Shown here: positions 53,798 to 63,328 of the stretch, in pieces
How positions within the stretch are numbered: position 1 is the first letter of the stretch
How the letters are laid out: every line of letters starts with the position of its first letter
Source of the DNA: a virus
Strand: one strand, 5' to 3'
Virus record (IMG/VR): IMGVR_UViG_3300042673_002246
Length of the DNA: 64,000 nt
Notes under the pieces: generated by a model
Databases searched by the model: none
The model's input: the letters and a program-made list of their open reading frames with translations, nothing else
What the model was told of the DNA's origin: nothing
Made by a program: the position numbers and the translations under genes

Positions 53798-55111
53798 ATG
53801 ACACAAAAACCGAATTGGGCTGAAGTTCTCGAATATCTGCAACCCAAGATGCCTCCCTTCTGCCCAGAAGAGCCATCAATAAACCAAAGAGTTTTTTTAA
53901 GAACTAATTCAATAGAAGCCCTATTTGGTGGTGCAGCAGGTGGTGGAAAGTCAAGCGCTTTGCTAATGGCTGCTCTCCAGTATGTAGATGTGCCTGGGTA
54001 TTCGGCCATTCTTTTCCGTAGAACTTTCGCTGACCTTTCGCTTCCCGGAGCCCTGATGGACCGCTTTAAGTCCTGGATGTCCAACTACGATGATGTGCAT
54101 TGGAATGCAAATAGCTTCATCGCCACTTTCCCATCTGGCGCCCGCATTTCATTCGGGTATCTAAATAATGCCAATGACTATTTACGCTATAAAGGCTCGG
54201 AATTTCAGTTCATTGGAATGGACGAAGTAACCGAAATCCGTGAATCTGATTATCGATACCTATTCTCCCGTTTGCGTCGCCCTGCGAGCGGACCAATTTC
54301 TCAAGTGCCATTAAGAATGCGTTCAGCATCAAACCCTGCTCCCAACTGGGTTAGACAGAGATTCATTGTTGAGGGTCGTCAGGAAAACCGCATTTTCGTT
54401 CCATCTAAGTTGACCGACAACCCAGGAATTGACGCTGAATCGTACCGACAGGCCCTTGCTGCACTTGACCCCGTGGAAAGACGTCGCCTAGAAATGGGCG
54501 ACTGGTGGTCGACAACGCTCGGAACTCTTTTTGAAAGAACTTCATTTATTATTATCGACCCAGAAGAAATCCCTGAAATCAAAAGTTCTGCCCGTGTTGT
54601 TAGATTTTGGGACCTTGCTGCCACCGAACCATCCCAGAGCAACCCGAATCCAGACTATACGGTCGGAACGTTGATGATGTTTGACGGCGGTGTTGCCTAC
54701 ATTCTGGATGTAAAACGAGCACGAGTAAAAGGTGAAAAAGTAGAGCAGCTGATTGCCCAGACAGCTCAGGAAGATGGTCTGGGAGTATCAATACGAATGG
54801 AACAAGAACCAGGTTCGTCGGGTAAAGCACTTGCCGACCAATATGCCAGGTATGTGGTTCCTGGGTACGATTTTGGGGCAATACGTTCTACTGGAGACAA
54901 AGAAACTCGCGCACGGCCATTCGCCGCCGCTGCAGCCAACGGAAATGTACGTATTATTCGTGCACCTTGGCTGACTGCATGGATGGATGAATTTTCATCT
55001 TTCCCCGAAGCCTGCGACCACGACGACCAGGTCGACTCAGCTGTCGGAGCATTTACGTTTTTAACTGGCCTGGGGTTGCCACAGAGAAAGCGTGTCTCTA
55101 TACTGATTTAG
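53798..55111 (+). CDS. terL: Terminase large subunit
   Basis: FGGAAGGGKS Walker A, FIGMDEVT Walker B, SASNP, RFWDLAAT, HDDQVDS nuclease motifs. Confidence 0.95.
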   Translation: MTQKPNWAEVLEYLQPKMPPFCPEEPSINQRVFLRTNSIEALFGGAAGGGKSSALLMAALQYVDVPGYSAILFRRTFADLSLPGALMDRFKSWMSNYDDVHWNANSFIATFPSGARISFGYLNNANDYLRYKGSEFQFIGMDEVTEIRESDYRYLFSRLRRPASGPISQVPLRMRSASNPAPNWVRQRFIVEGRQENRIFVPSKLTDNPGIDAESYRQALAALDPVERRRLEMGDWWSTTLGTLFERTSFIIIDPEEIPEIKSSARVVRFWDLAATEPSQSNPNPDYTVGTLMMFDGGVAYILDVKRARVKGEKVEQLIAQTAQEDGLGVSIRMEQEPGSSGKALADQYARYVVPGYDFGAIRSTGDKETRARPFAAAAANGNVRIIRAPWLTAWMDEFSSFPEACDHDDQVDSAVGAFTFLTGLGLPQRKRVSILI

Positions 55112-55150
55112 TAATTACTTAAACTACTACTGAATTAAAGGGGCAATAAA

Positions 55151-55654
55151 ATGAATGCTGTAGAAAAGATAGAGCAGATTCGCGCACTGATTACCGAACT
55201 GGATTCAGAACTTCAGTCCATTGCTGACTCTGATGTTGAGATTCCAATTGCTTGTGGAATTTTGGCAGACATCAATTTCCTTAAGCGAGACCTAACTTTT
55301 GTTTATGACGGGTACGCACACCTTGTTGGCAAAATCATGGGGTCAACTGAATCAATCAAATTGGACAACGGCGCAGAAATCGAGAAGAAATCTTCATACG
55401 ACAGAAAGTCGTGGGACCACAAGGCGCTTGCTTCTGCGGTTTCGGACAAGTTGGTGAAGATGTCCATTGACATGGATACCGGCGAAGTACTGAAGTCACC
55501 ACGAGAAATAGCCATGGATATGGTTACGTATTGTGCTCCGTCATATTGGCGAGTGAAAGAGTTGAACAAGATTGGAATCAATCCAGACAATTATTGCGAA
55601 GTTGGCGAACTGAAGACTAGCATTATTGTCCGTAAGCCAAAAGATTCCGAATAA
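55151..55654 (+). CDS. Conserved actinophage hypothetical protein
   Basis: RKSWDH...DTGEV...YWRVKEL.KIGINPD.YCE. Confidence 0.7.
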   Translation: MNAVEKIEQIRALITELDSELQSIADSDVEIPIACGILADINFLKRDLTFVYDGYAHLVGKIMGSTESIKLDNGAEIEKKSSYDRKSWDHKALASAVSDKLVKMSIDMDTGEVLKSPREIAMDMVTYCAPSYWRVKELNKIGINPDNYCEVGELKTSIIVRKPKDSE

Positions 55655-55684
55655 ATACACCACCAACAAGGGATACAAAACATC

Positions 55685-56401
55685 ATGGAACAAAATCAAG
55701 TAAAAGACGCTTCATCAATCATGAAGGAACTGTATGCGCAGTTCCCACAAGAATCAGAACGCACAATCGTCAAGAGCGGCGTATCACTTGTTTACTTGCC
55801 AATCAGCGAAGTAATCAATCGACTAAACAAGGTTCTCGGCGTGGAGGGCTGGTCATTTGAAATTATTTCAGTTCGTCGCGACGAAATTGACCAAGACGAA
55901 TTGGTAGCACACGTTGCGCTTACTGCAGAGATTGGCGACAAGCGAGTGGTTAAACATGGATTTGGTGGCTCAAACGTAAAGCGCGCTAAGAGCAATCAAA
56001 AGCCAGTTGACCTTGGAAATGACTTTAAGGGCGCGGTTTCTGATGCGTTAAAGAAGGCTGCCCAACAATTGGGAGTCGGTCTCTATCTTGCTCGCTCGGT
56101 TGACGCTATGGACGCCGAAGACGCAATTCTTCTTGATGCATCAGATGATGGTTTTGCGCGTATTCCAGAACAGGTTCCAACACCTGCGCTTTCTGAGCTT
56201 GAGGAAAAATGGAATACTTTCATCGATATCACCAAGGGGCTGAAGAAAGAACAGAAGGAAGAGTTGAACTCGTTCTGGTCAACCCACTCTGGAGGCCGAC
56301 CAAAGCCGACGAAGTCAAGTGCCACAATCGAGGACTTGCAAGCACTCATCACAGAGGCATTGCGAATTCAGTTTGGTGGGCAGTATGTCACTAATTCCTG
56401 A
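55685..56401 (+). CDS. Rad52/Sak-like single-strand annealing protein
   Basis: LVYL...VINRLNKVLG..GWSF...KGAVSDALKKAAQQLGVGLYL. Confidence 0.88.
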   Translation: MEQNQVKDASSIMKELYAQFPQESERTIVKSGVSLVYLPISEVINRLNKVLGVEGWSFEIISVRRDEIDQDELVAHVALTAEIGDKRVVKHGFGGSNVKRAKSNQKPVDLGNDFKGAVSDALKKAAQQLGVGLYLARSVDAMDAEDAILLDASDDGFARIPEQVPTPALSELEEKWNTFIDITKGLKKEQKEELNSFWSTHSGGRPKPTKSSATIEDLQALITEALRIQFGGQYVTNS

Positions 56402-57167
56402 TGGTGGATTTGTCGCTCCAGAGTTTCTATCCCCATCATCACTGGGAACGTTCAGGCAGTGTCCGCAAAAATTTAAGTACAGCAAAATAGATGGTCTCCA
56501 TGACCCAAGTGGCCAAGAAGCAATTCTTGGAAATTTCGTTCACGACGTACTTGAAGATTTGTACAAACTTCCGCCAGAACTTAGAACTCTTGAGCAGGCA
56601 AAAGACCTTGCTCGCAACCAATGGGCGAATAAATGGTCGGCAGAAGCTTCGTCGGTAATTCACTCAGAGAAAGAACTCAACAGATTTCGTTGGGCTGCTT
56701 GGTGGTGTATTGAGAATCTTTGGCTAATTGAGGACCCGACTACCGTTTCTCCTTTTAGTATGGAGTCTTACGTTCGCGGAGATATAGGCGGAGTAAAAAT
56801 TCATGGATTCATCGACAGGCTAAGCGTTAATGGAAATAGCGCAAAAGTTAGTGACTACAAAACAGGGAAGACTCCAAAGAAAAATTATCTATCCGACAAA
56901 TTTTTTCAGTTGATTGTCTACACTCAACTTTTGTCTAGCCTAGACATAGATGTTGACCAAAAGTCCGTTGAACTCCTCTATTTAAAAGACGGAGTGAAGT
57001 TTGAAAAAGATGTTTCACTGGATGACATTAAATCAACCGTTGAGTCAATTCAATCGACAAAACAGGAAATTGACAAATGTTGTAAGACCGGTGAATTTGT
57101 TGCCAATAAATCTATTCTTTGCAATTGGTGTGGCTTCAAGGGAATCTGCCCTGCGTGGAATAATTAA
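56385..57167 (+). CDS. RecB/Cas4-like PD-(D/E)xK exonuclease
   Basis: LSPSSL..F.QCP, GNFVH, GFIDRL, DYKTGK, QL..Y, CNWC....ICP; ATG at 56385. Confidence 0.9.
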   Translation: MSLIPDGGFVAPEFLSPSSLGTFRQCPQKFKYSKIDGLHDPSGQEAILGNFVHDVLEDLYKLPPELRTLEQAKDLARNQWANKWSAEASSVIHSEKELNRFRWAAWWCIENLWLIEDPTTVSPFSMESYVRGDIGGVKIHGFIDRLSVNGNSAKVSDYKTGKTPKKNYLSDKFFQLIVYTQLLSSLDIDVDQKSVELLYLKDGVKFEKDVSLDDIKSTVESIQSTKQEIDKCCKTGEFVANKSILCNWCGFKGICPAWNN

Positions 57168-57185
57168 AAAATCAAGGAGAAGATA

Positions 57186-57698
57186 ATGCAAGTTTTAAAC
57201 GATGATTCATTTGCAAGAATGGTTGCGGAAGAGGTGAAGAATAAGCTCTCCCCAACGCATAAGCAGGTTCTTCTAGAAAAAGAAAACTGGGGAAGATGGA
57301 AAGATGCCCTTTTAGCATTGTCCGACAACCTCCAAAATCAAATCGACAATATCGAATCAGATGCCGAATCAGACAATCTTCGTTATTCCTCGCTTGGGCC
57401 AGCTGGCTCCAAGTTAAGTCGAGAAGCAATATCTTATTACGACACGAAAGCAACTCGCGTTAAGCGGTTTAAGTTTCATGTAGACAAGCGTCTTGACGAA
57501 GTCATGAACATGATTGAAACCGGCGCAGAAATACAGACCGATGGATGGGACCAGGTTGAATTTCTTCGAAGGGCAATCGTCACTCATCGCACCCTTATGC
57601 GTTCATTTGACCTTGAAGATACCGCCATCGATAGGGCTCTGTGGTCTACACTTGACAATAAGTGGCTATTCGATTCCGTCACTAGCGATAATTTGTAA
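57186..57698 (+). CDS. Hypothetical protein
   Basis: 170 aa, AAGGAG RBS. Confidence 0.7.
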   Translation: MQVLNDDSFARMVAEEVKNKLSPTHKQVLLEKENWGRWKDALLALSDNLQNQIDNIESDAESDNLRYSSLGPAGSKLSREAISYYDTKATRVKRFKFHVDKRLDEVMNMIETGAEIQTDGWDQVEFLRRAIVTHRTLMRSFDLEDTAIDRALWSTLDNKWLFDSVTSDNL

Positions 57699-57762
57699 TA
57701 AAGCCACACTTAATGTGCCCAGCAGGGAGATTCACGCTCTAAACATGTAATAGGAGATTCGT

Positions 57763-58140
57763 ATGCTTCGTCGTAAAAAGCCATTGAAGCGCACGCCGAT
57801 AAAGCGTTCAGCAACAAAAGCAAAGCCGCGAAAAGCAATTCGCAAACGAAGCAAAAAAATGTCTGATACATATGTGGAGCGCCGAAAGCTTGTTGAGAAA
57901 GTTCTTCAAGAAAGACCGCTGTGTGAAGCATGCAAAATATTTGCTACACACGACGGAAAAATAACTTTCAATCACCATCTAAGCAGAGACCTGCATGAAG
58001 TTATTCGTCGCTCACAGGGCGGTTCGATTCTGGACGAAGAAAATATCCTGGCTGTATGCAGGCCTTGTCACGCAAGAATTAACGCCAACCCGCAGCTTGC
58101 ATTCGACCTTGGTTTAGCCAAGCATGGATGGGAACGCTAG
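57763..58140 (+). CDS. HNH endonuclease
   Basis: CEAC...DLHEVIRRSQGGS...N...VCRPCH. Confidence 0.85.
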   Translation: MLRRKKPLKRTPIKRSATKAKPRKAIRKRSKKMSDTYVERRKLVEKVLQERPLCEACKIFATHDGKITFNHHLSRDLHEVIRRSQGGSILDEENILAVCRPCHARINANPQLAFDLGLAKHGWER

Positions 58141-58757
58141 TTTTCTACAGAACCAATTCTTGGGGCAACCCTTTTGCTTCCTGCCCAGGCATCTCTGAGG
58201 GATTCCCCATCATTCGTAGTCACATCTCCGCCATTAAGAAATTGTCCGTAACCTCCAGAAACAATAACCAAATCAGCAACACCGAATAGGGCCAGCGTTA
58301 TTCTCTTGCGACGCCATTTTTCTTCTACGAATATTTGTTGTATTTTTGAATCTTGCTTAAACCATTGCAAAAACCCAACACGCTGAGAGCGTCCGAGAAA
58401 TTTTTTGTTTATTAAGTCACTTTCCATAACTATTGTTCCGGATGGGAAATCATCTCCGAATAATGCATAGATAAACATCATTGGTATTGCTGGACCGTTC
58501 GGATGTGGACGCGGCGCATCTTTCACTACATACCAAAGAGGAGGGGTAATCCCGATAATGTCTTCGTCTTTCCAGTTTATGAAAAGATTATTTTCTGAGT
58601 CTAGAGACCCATACCAAACCGATTCAGCGCTAGTAGGTTTATCTTTAGAAACAACAGTGGAAGGACGCTCAAACTCCTCCGTCGAGAAAGCATGAACTTC
58701 CGCCCATCTGTTGTTTAATTTGCCTGATTCCCAAAACCAAAGTTGCTTAAAAGGCAT
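58137..58757 (-). CDS. Hypothetical protein with C-terminal GNAT-like motif
   Basis: IQQIFVEEKWRRKRIT.AL resembles the acetyl-CoA-binding motif A. Confidence 0.55.
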   Translation of the reverse strand: MPFKQLWFWESGKLNNRWAEVHAFSTEEFERPSTVVSKDKPTSAESVWYGSLDSENNLFINWKDEDIIGITPPLWYVVKDAPRPHPNGPAIPMMFIYALFGDDFPSGTIVMESDLINKKFLGRSQRVGFLQWFKQDSKIQQIFVEEKWRRKRITLALFGVADLVIVSGGYGQFLNGGDVTTNDGESLRDAWAGSKRVAPRIGSVEN

Positions 58758-58766
58758 TAGGCTAGG

Positions 58767-59459
58767 TTAGTCGTTCCACCAATCAACCCATGGCTTTTGT
58801 GTAGCAGAAACAGCATCTTCACCAGACATACCAGTGTATGCAATCGAGATGATGACCTTTGCGTCATTCTCGTAGTCGTCCCAGTTGCCATCGACGTTGT
58901 AGACGAACATCTGGAGGAATTCGTCGGTATTCATAACCGCAGCATCTGCGAGGTACGTCCGTTCATTCCACTCTTCTTCGCTCCAATTGGAGTTTGTAGC
59001 GCGTGATTTTTCAATAGGTGATGCAGCAGTACTTCTAAGGCTCATTGCATTTCCTCCGAAACCGCCACCCTCTGTGCAGAATGCACCAATTCTTCCAGCG
59101 GCATCGTCTGGATTGCCAAGCCACATTGTTGGCTTAAGTTCTTCGTTTATGCTCTGGCTGTAGCCAAGGTCTTCAAATGCGTACAATATGTCGTTTGGGT
59201 TGTCGTAAATGCTGTGTTGAGTCTTGGAATTCTTTGCTTTATAAGCCGCAAGAGCCAAAACTCTGTCAGTTGTCTCAATGTCCAAAGTTGTCTCATCACC
59301 CTGCCAGAAACCAGCCGTGTTGCCGTAAATCGCTTGTGTGGTGAACCAGATTGATACAATCTTGACTCTGAATGGGAATGACACATTCAAAAAAGATGGG
59401 TCGCTGATTTTTACGGTCCAATCGTAGTTAACTATGGATGGTGCGATAATTCCGGACAT
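58767..59459 (-). CDS. Hypothetical protein
   Basis: 230 aa, AAGGAG RBS. Confidence 0.65.
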   Translation of the reverse strand: MSGIIAPSIVNYDWTVKISDPSFLNVSFPFRVKIVSIWFTTQAIYGNTAGFWQGDETTLDIETTDRVLALAAYKAKNSKTQHSIYDNPNDILYAFEDLGYSQSINEELKPTMWLGNPDDAAGRIGAFCTEGGGFGGNAMSLRSTAASPIEKSRATNSNWSEEEWNERTYLADAAVMNTDEFLQMFVYNVDGNWDDYENDAKVIISIAYTGMSGEDAVSATQKPWVDWWND

Positions 59460-59559
59460 GTTTTCTCCTTCGAGTAGTTAAACAGCTTACTACAGATATT
59501 CTTTTTTAAAAGTTTATTATTAACACTTTCAGTATTTATTACGGGTGTAATGTAGTAAT

Positions 59560-59624
59560 CCTTAGGACCGTTATAGGTGCGAGGGCCGGGTGCACAGGGC
59601 AACGTGCGGCACCCGGTTCTTGCA
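59560..59624 (+). ncRNA. Putative small structured RNA (two hairpins)
   Basis: 16-bp stem TGCGAGGGCCGGGTGC/GCACCCGGTTCTTGCA with three G-U pairs; GC-rich island in AT-rich intergenic DNA. Confidence 0.45.
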
Positions 59625-59723
59625 TGTTCAAAATTAAACAAATTAATTTTTAATTGGTTTACTAATCAGTATTTATTTTTAGTGTTACGATTTTTTCATC
59701 TAGCCAACATCTACTCTTAGCGA

Positions 59724-59846
59724 GAGAAAGGCAGGTGGTCAAAGGTCTAGTAGCGCGAGCTACGGCAAAACTACGCCAGACGTAAAACCACCAGCGCCAG
59801 TAGCACCCGCCGGACAGGCTAGAAGTTCGGCGGGTCTTTGCTTTTT
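59724..59846 (+). ncRNA. Putative multibranch ncRNA or riboswitch-like leader with intrinsic terminator
   Basis: GGTGGT/ACCACC, GTCT/AGAC, GTAGC-GCGA-GCTAC, GGC-N8-GCC, then ACCCGCCGGA/TTCGGCGGGT and a T-rich tail; TACTCT -10 at 59712. Confidence 0.55.
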
Positions 59847-59863
59847 AGGTTAATGTCTACTAA

Positions 59864-60400
59864 GTGAATATTCTTTCGCTCGACTTATCCCTAACGTCCA
59901 CTGGTTATTGCCACAATGGCGAAACCGGAGTTATATCTGTCGACAAAACTGGACCGCATCGTTTGTGGTTGATAAAACGCAAAGTTGAAGACCTAATCAT
60001 TGAATTCTCGATTGACGTTGTTGCCATGGAGGGGTATTCGTTTGCTTCCAGGAATTCTCAGGCACATTCAATTGGTGAACTTGGTGGTGTGATTCGTCTC
60101 TTGCTTTGGGAATTGGGCAGGCCAGTAGTCGTGATTCCCCCAACATGTAGAGCAAAATTTGCAACAGGAAAAGGCAATGCTTCTAAAAATGAAGTAATTT
60201 CTTCCATATCTGCAAAAACAGGACTAGTGTGGTCAAACCCTGGTGCAGATGATAAATGCGACGCTTGGATTATGGAAGAGATGGTTCTGGCTCGCCTTGG
60301 GAGTCCTAGATTTGACTGGCCAGCCACGCACGTATCTGGTCTAGAGAAAGTAGATTGGACGCTACTAAATGCCTACATTGAACAGCTTGGAGAGAAATGA
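59864..60400 (+). CDS. ruvC: RuvC-like Holliday junction resolvase
   Basis: ILSLDLSLTSTG, VAMEGYSF, ELGGV, KFATGKGNASK, DDKCDA. Confidence 0.88.
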   Translation: MNILSLDLSLTSTGYCHNGETGVISVDKTGPHRLWLIKRKVEDLIIEFSIDVVAMEGYSFASRNSQAHSIGELGGVIRLLLWELGRPVVVIPPTCRAKFATGKGNASKNEVISSISAKTGLVWSNPGADDKCDAWIMEEMVLARLGSPRFDWPATHVSGLEKVDWTLLNAYIEQLGEK

Positions 60401-60732
60401 GAAATAACCCAATAAGCCAAGTCGAGATTGAACAAGAGCTGCTTCGCTTGATGGACAAGCTCGAGACCGAAACTGAGCAGTTCGAAACGCTCGCAATGGA
60501 TTGTGCAAAAAAAGAAGCGCTTTATAAGTCAAATTGGGCCAAGGAATATCTTTCTGCTAAAGGCTCAATCAAAGAGCGTGAAGCATGGGCTGATTACAAA
60601 ATGGACCAGCAGAATTTCGAGTACAAGTGTGCCGAGGCGCTGGTGAAGTCAAAGCGTGAGTCGCTTCTGTCTATTCGTGCTTCAATGGATGCAATCCGAA
60701 CACTCAATGCAAATGTCAGGACACAGGTTTAA
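60397..60732 (+). CDS. Coiled-coil protein (possibly UvsY-like recombination mediator)
   Basis: Helical; SIKEREAWA...DAIRTLNANVR C-terminal pattern. Confidence 0.5.
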   Translation: MRNNPISQVEIEQELLRLMDKLETETEQFETLAMDCAKKEALYKSNWAKEYLSAKGSIKEREAWADYKMDQQNFEYKCAEALVKSKRESLLSIRASMDAIRTLNANVRTQV

Positions 60733-60735
60733 CTT

Positions 60736-61584
60736 ATGGCTAATGGAATACATGAATCGCTTCTTTCGCTTGCGGTAGATATCGACACGCTTTTCCCGCT
60801 TGACAACAATCCGCGGCGAGGCAATGTTGAAGCAATCATGTCGTCGTATGCAGAATTTGGCCAAATCAAACCTATCGTTGTGCGCCCAAACGGAGATGGA
60901 ACATCAACCGTTATTGCGGGAAATCATCAATTTGAAGCCGCAAAGCGTCTCGGGTGGGACAAGATTGCAGCAGTTGAATATGATGTGGACGACAAGCGAG
61001 CAATTGCATTCGCATTAGCAGACAACAGAACCATGGAGCTCGGATATACCGAGCCAGAATTGCTTAATGATTTTGTCTTAGAAATTAGTGATTACTACCC
61101 AGAGTTAATGGATGGACTTGGCTGGGATGAATTTGATATTGCTGAAATAGAACAAAAATCGATACGTGAAAACCACCAGGTGGTTGACAGCGGAGAATAT
61201 AGGCCACCTGTAATCGTCAATCCAAATGCGTCGTTTGATAATCCAGATGATTTGGTTGATGATGAAGAAGATTCTCCAGCATCAATCCAGCCAAGACAAT
61301 CTGTAGACATGAATACAGTAGAGGTAACCAAAACACGAGATGGTCAGCATCTTTCAGCAAAGGGCGGGGTAGACCAGCGCGATGCTGCTATTCGCGGTTC
61401 AACCACTGTTTCACCCTCGTCTGCTCCGCAGGCAGTTGTTCAGTACACACTTGTTTTTGATTCACCACAACAGCAATCTCGTTGGTATGACTTCATTAGG
61501 TGGTTGCGCTCTGACCCAGGTATAGATGGCTCAACAACGGCAGAAAGACTGATGAACTTCATTGATGAACACTGCGAGATTTGA
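60736..61584 (+). CDS. ParB/Srx-like N-terminal domain protein
   Basis: NNPRRG, FGQIKPIVV, VIAGNH..EAAK.LGW, ALADNR. Confidence 0.88.
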   Translation: MANGIHESLLSLAVDIDTLFPLDNNPRRGNVEAIMSSYAEFGQIKPIVVRPNGDGTSTVIAGNHQFEAAKRLGWDKIAAVEYDVDDKRAIAFALADNRTMELGYTEPELLNDFVLEISDYYPELMDGLGWDEFDIAEIEQKSIRENHQVVDSGEYRPPVIVNPNASFDNPDDLVDDEEDSPASIQPRQSVDMNTVEVTKTRDGQHLSAKGGVDQRDAAIRGSTTVSPSSAPQAVVQYTLVFDSPQQQSRWYDFIRWLRSDPGIDGSTTAERLMNFIDEHCEI

Positions 61585-61593
61585 TAGTTAATA

Positions 61594-62736
61594 ATGACTA
61601 GACAGCGACTCTTTTTGGATATGAGCTGTGTTGATGCAGCACGTGAACGCATTCGTCACGTATACGACACGTTCGACACCGTTTGTGTGCAGTTCTCCGG
61701 AGGAAAAGACTCAACAGCGGTTCTGTATCTTGCAAAAGAAATCCACGAAGAGCGCGGGCTTGGTCCAGTGAAGGTGATTTTTCGTGACGAAGAAATGGTT
61801 AGTCCTGCAGTAGTCAAATATGTAGAACAAGTTCGAAATTATGACTGGGTCGATATGGAGTGGTATTGCTTACCATATCCAGCAGAAGTTTGGGTTCTTG
61901 GGCACAGAATAACGACGCTGCTATGGAGTGACCAGAGACGAAAACAGGACCGTCTTGTCAGGGAGATTCCACCATGGGCAATTACTGGAAAACACTTTGG
62001 GTTGAATCACGATGTATCGCTGCCAGAGCAGACCGATTACTACACAATGCAGGGAAAGAAGGGAAACGTTGCTTTTCTAACTGGGGTTCGCGCCAGCGAA
62101 TCAATGGTTCGTTACCGCTCAATTGTCCAAAAGCTTCATGAAAATTACATCGTTACGCCATACAAACTGAAGCGCGGCATACCACTAAAGTTTGCAAAAA
62201 TAATTTATGACTGGAACACAAACGATGTATTTAAATTTATAATCGAGGAACACGGCGCAGATTACTGTGAATACTATGACCTAGCTGTTGCTACGGGTAG
62301 CAACACAAGAATAGGAATACCGCTACACGCCACGGCAATCAGACGGATAGGTGATGTGATTGCAACAGAGCCAGAGTTCTACGACCGTCTTTATGAATGC
62401 TTCCCATACATTGATGCTCAGCGTAGAGTGTGGCCGGAGTACGACGTAGAAAAAGTTATCGCCTCTTATGCCAAAGACGGATTTGCTGGTGCCTCGGCCT
62501 TTATTGATAAATACCTAGTTGGCTCACGCAGGCAGATGGAGGCGCGAGTCTTCGTTTCTAAGTTTCGCAAAAAACACCTAACCGACCCGCATGGTTACCC
62601 GGTTGCTTGGCTCATAAGGAACTTGATGCTTAACGAAATTGACGTAAACTCACCAACACCAGTCGGGCCAAGAACAAAAGCCCACACCATACGAACAGCG
62701 GAGCTAGAACAGGAACTTTACGGCGATGGCTATTAA
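61594..62736 (+). CDS. PAPS-reductase-family (IbrA/YbdN-like) protein
   Basis: AARERIR, VQFSGGKDS PP-loop, FRDEE, GVRASES..R, IYDW...DV. Confidence 0.88.
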   Translation: MTRQRLFLDMSCVDAARERIRHVYDTFDTVCVQFSGGKDSTAVLYLAKEIHEERGLGPVKVIFRDEEMVSPAVVKYVEQVRNYDWVDMEWYCLPYPAEVWVLGHRITTLLWSDQRRKQDRLVREIPPWAITGKHFGLNHDVSLPEQTDYYTMQGKKGNVAFLTGVRASESMVRYRSIVQKLHENYIVTPYKLKRGIPLKFAKIIYDWNTNDVFKFIIEEHGADYCEYYDLAVATGSNTRIGIPLHATAIRRIGDVIATEPEFYDRLYECFPYIDAQRRVWPEYDVEKVIASYAKDGFAGASAFIDKYLVGSRRQMEARVFVSKFRKKHLTDPHGYPVAWLIRNLMLNEIDVNSPTPVGPRTKAHTIRTAELEQELYGDGY

Positions 62737-63283
62737 TATTGAATATGTAGATATGGACTTGCTCGTGGTTCCAAGTTGGCGCGCAACATATGTCCTCAGA
62801 CCAGAACTTCTTATCATTTCTGGCTCACTTATGGAGTTTGGTTTCATTCAACCAATTCATGTAAGGCGCTCGTCTAATGAAATAATTGATGGTTCTGAAA
62901 GATTTCTTCTTGCAAGCAATATTGACGATATATATGAACAACTTGACGGAAAGATTCCAGTTGTTTTTCATGACGTTAACCAAATAGATGCAATGATTAT
63001 GCATTTGCGCCTTAATCGTGGGCGCTCAACTGTTGTGGCTGCAAAAACATCGGAAATAATTAGAAAAGCAAAACGCTCCGGAGACTACAGAGATAGCGAC
63101 TTTAATGAGTTACTTTCAATGAGAAACGAAGAGCTTTCATTAATGCTTGACGGAAGTGTCCTAAAAGCAAGGAAAATAAAAGAACATAATTACGCCAAAG
63201 CATGGGTTCCAATAGAGGCTCCATCGTCTCTTCCGGTATCGGACAAGATGGTTATTGAATCTCCGCCAAATCCTGACAGATAA
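62726..63283 (+). CDS. ParB-like (IbrB/YbdM-like) protein
   Basis: S..EFGFIQPI.V...EIIDGSER...HLRLNRGR; follows the IbrA-like gene with overlap. Confidence 0.75.
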   Translation: MAINIEYVDMDLLVVPSWRATYVLRPELLIISGSLMEFGFIQPIHVRRSSNEIIDGSERFLLASNIDDIYEQLDGKIPVVFHDVNQIDAMIMHLRLNRGRSTVVAAKTSEIIRKAKRSGDYRDSDFNELLSMRNEELSLMLDGSVLKARKIKEHNYAKAWVPIEAPSSLPVSDKMVIESPPNPDR

Positions 63284-63328
63284 AGAACATTTTTTTCTGC
63301 TATATTTTTATAGAGCTTAAGGAGCAAC

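Noticed and set aside
56385-57167. Cas4 as evidence of a CRISPR-Cas system
   Set aside because: No array or other cas genes; it sits beside a Rad52-like annealase, as expected for a phage recombination exonuclease
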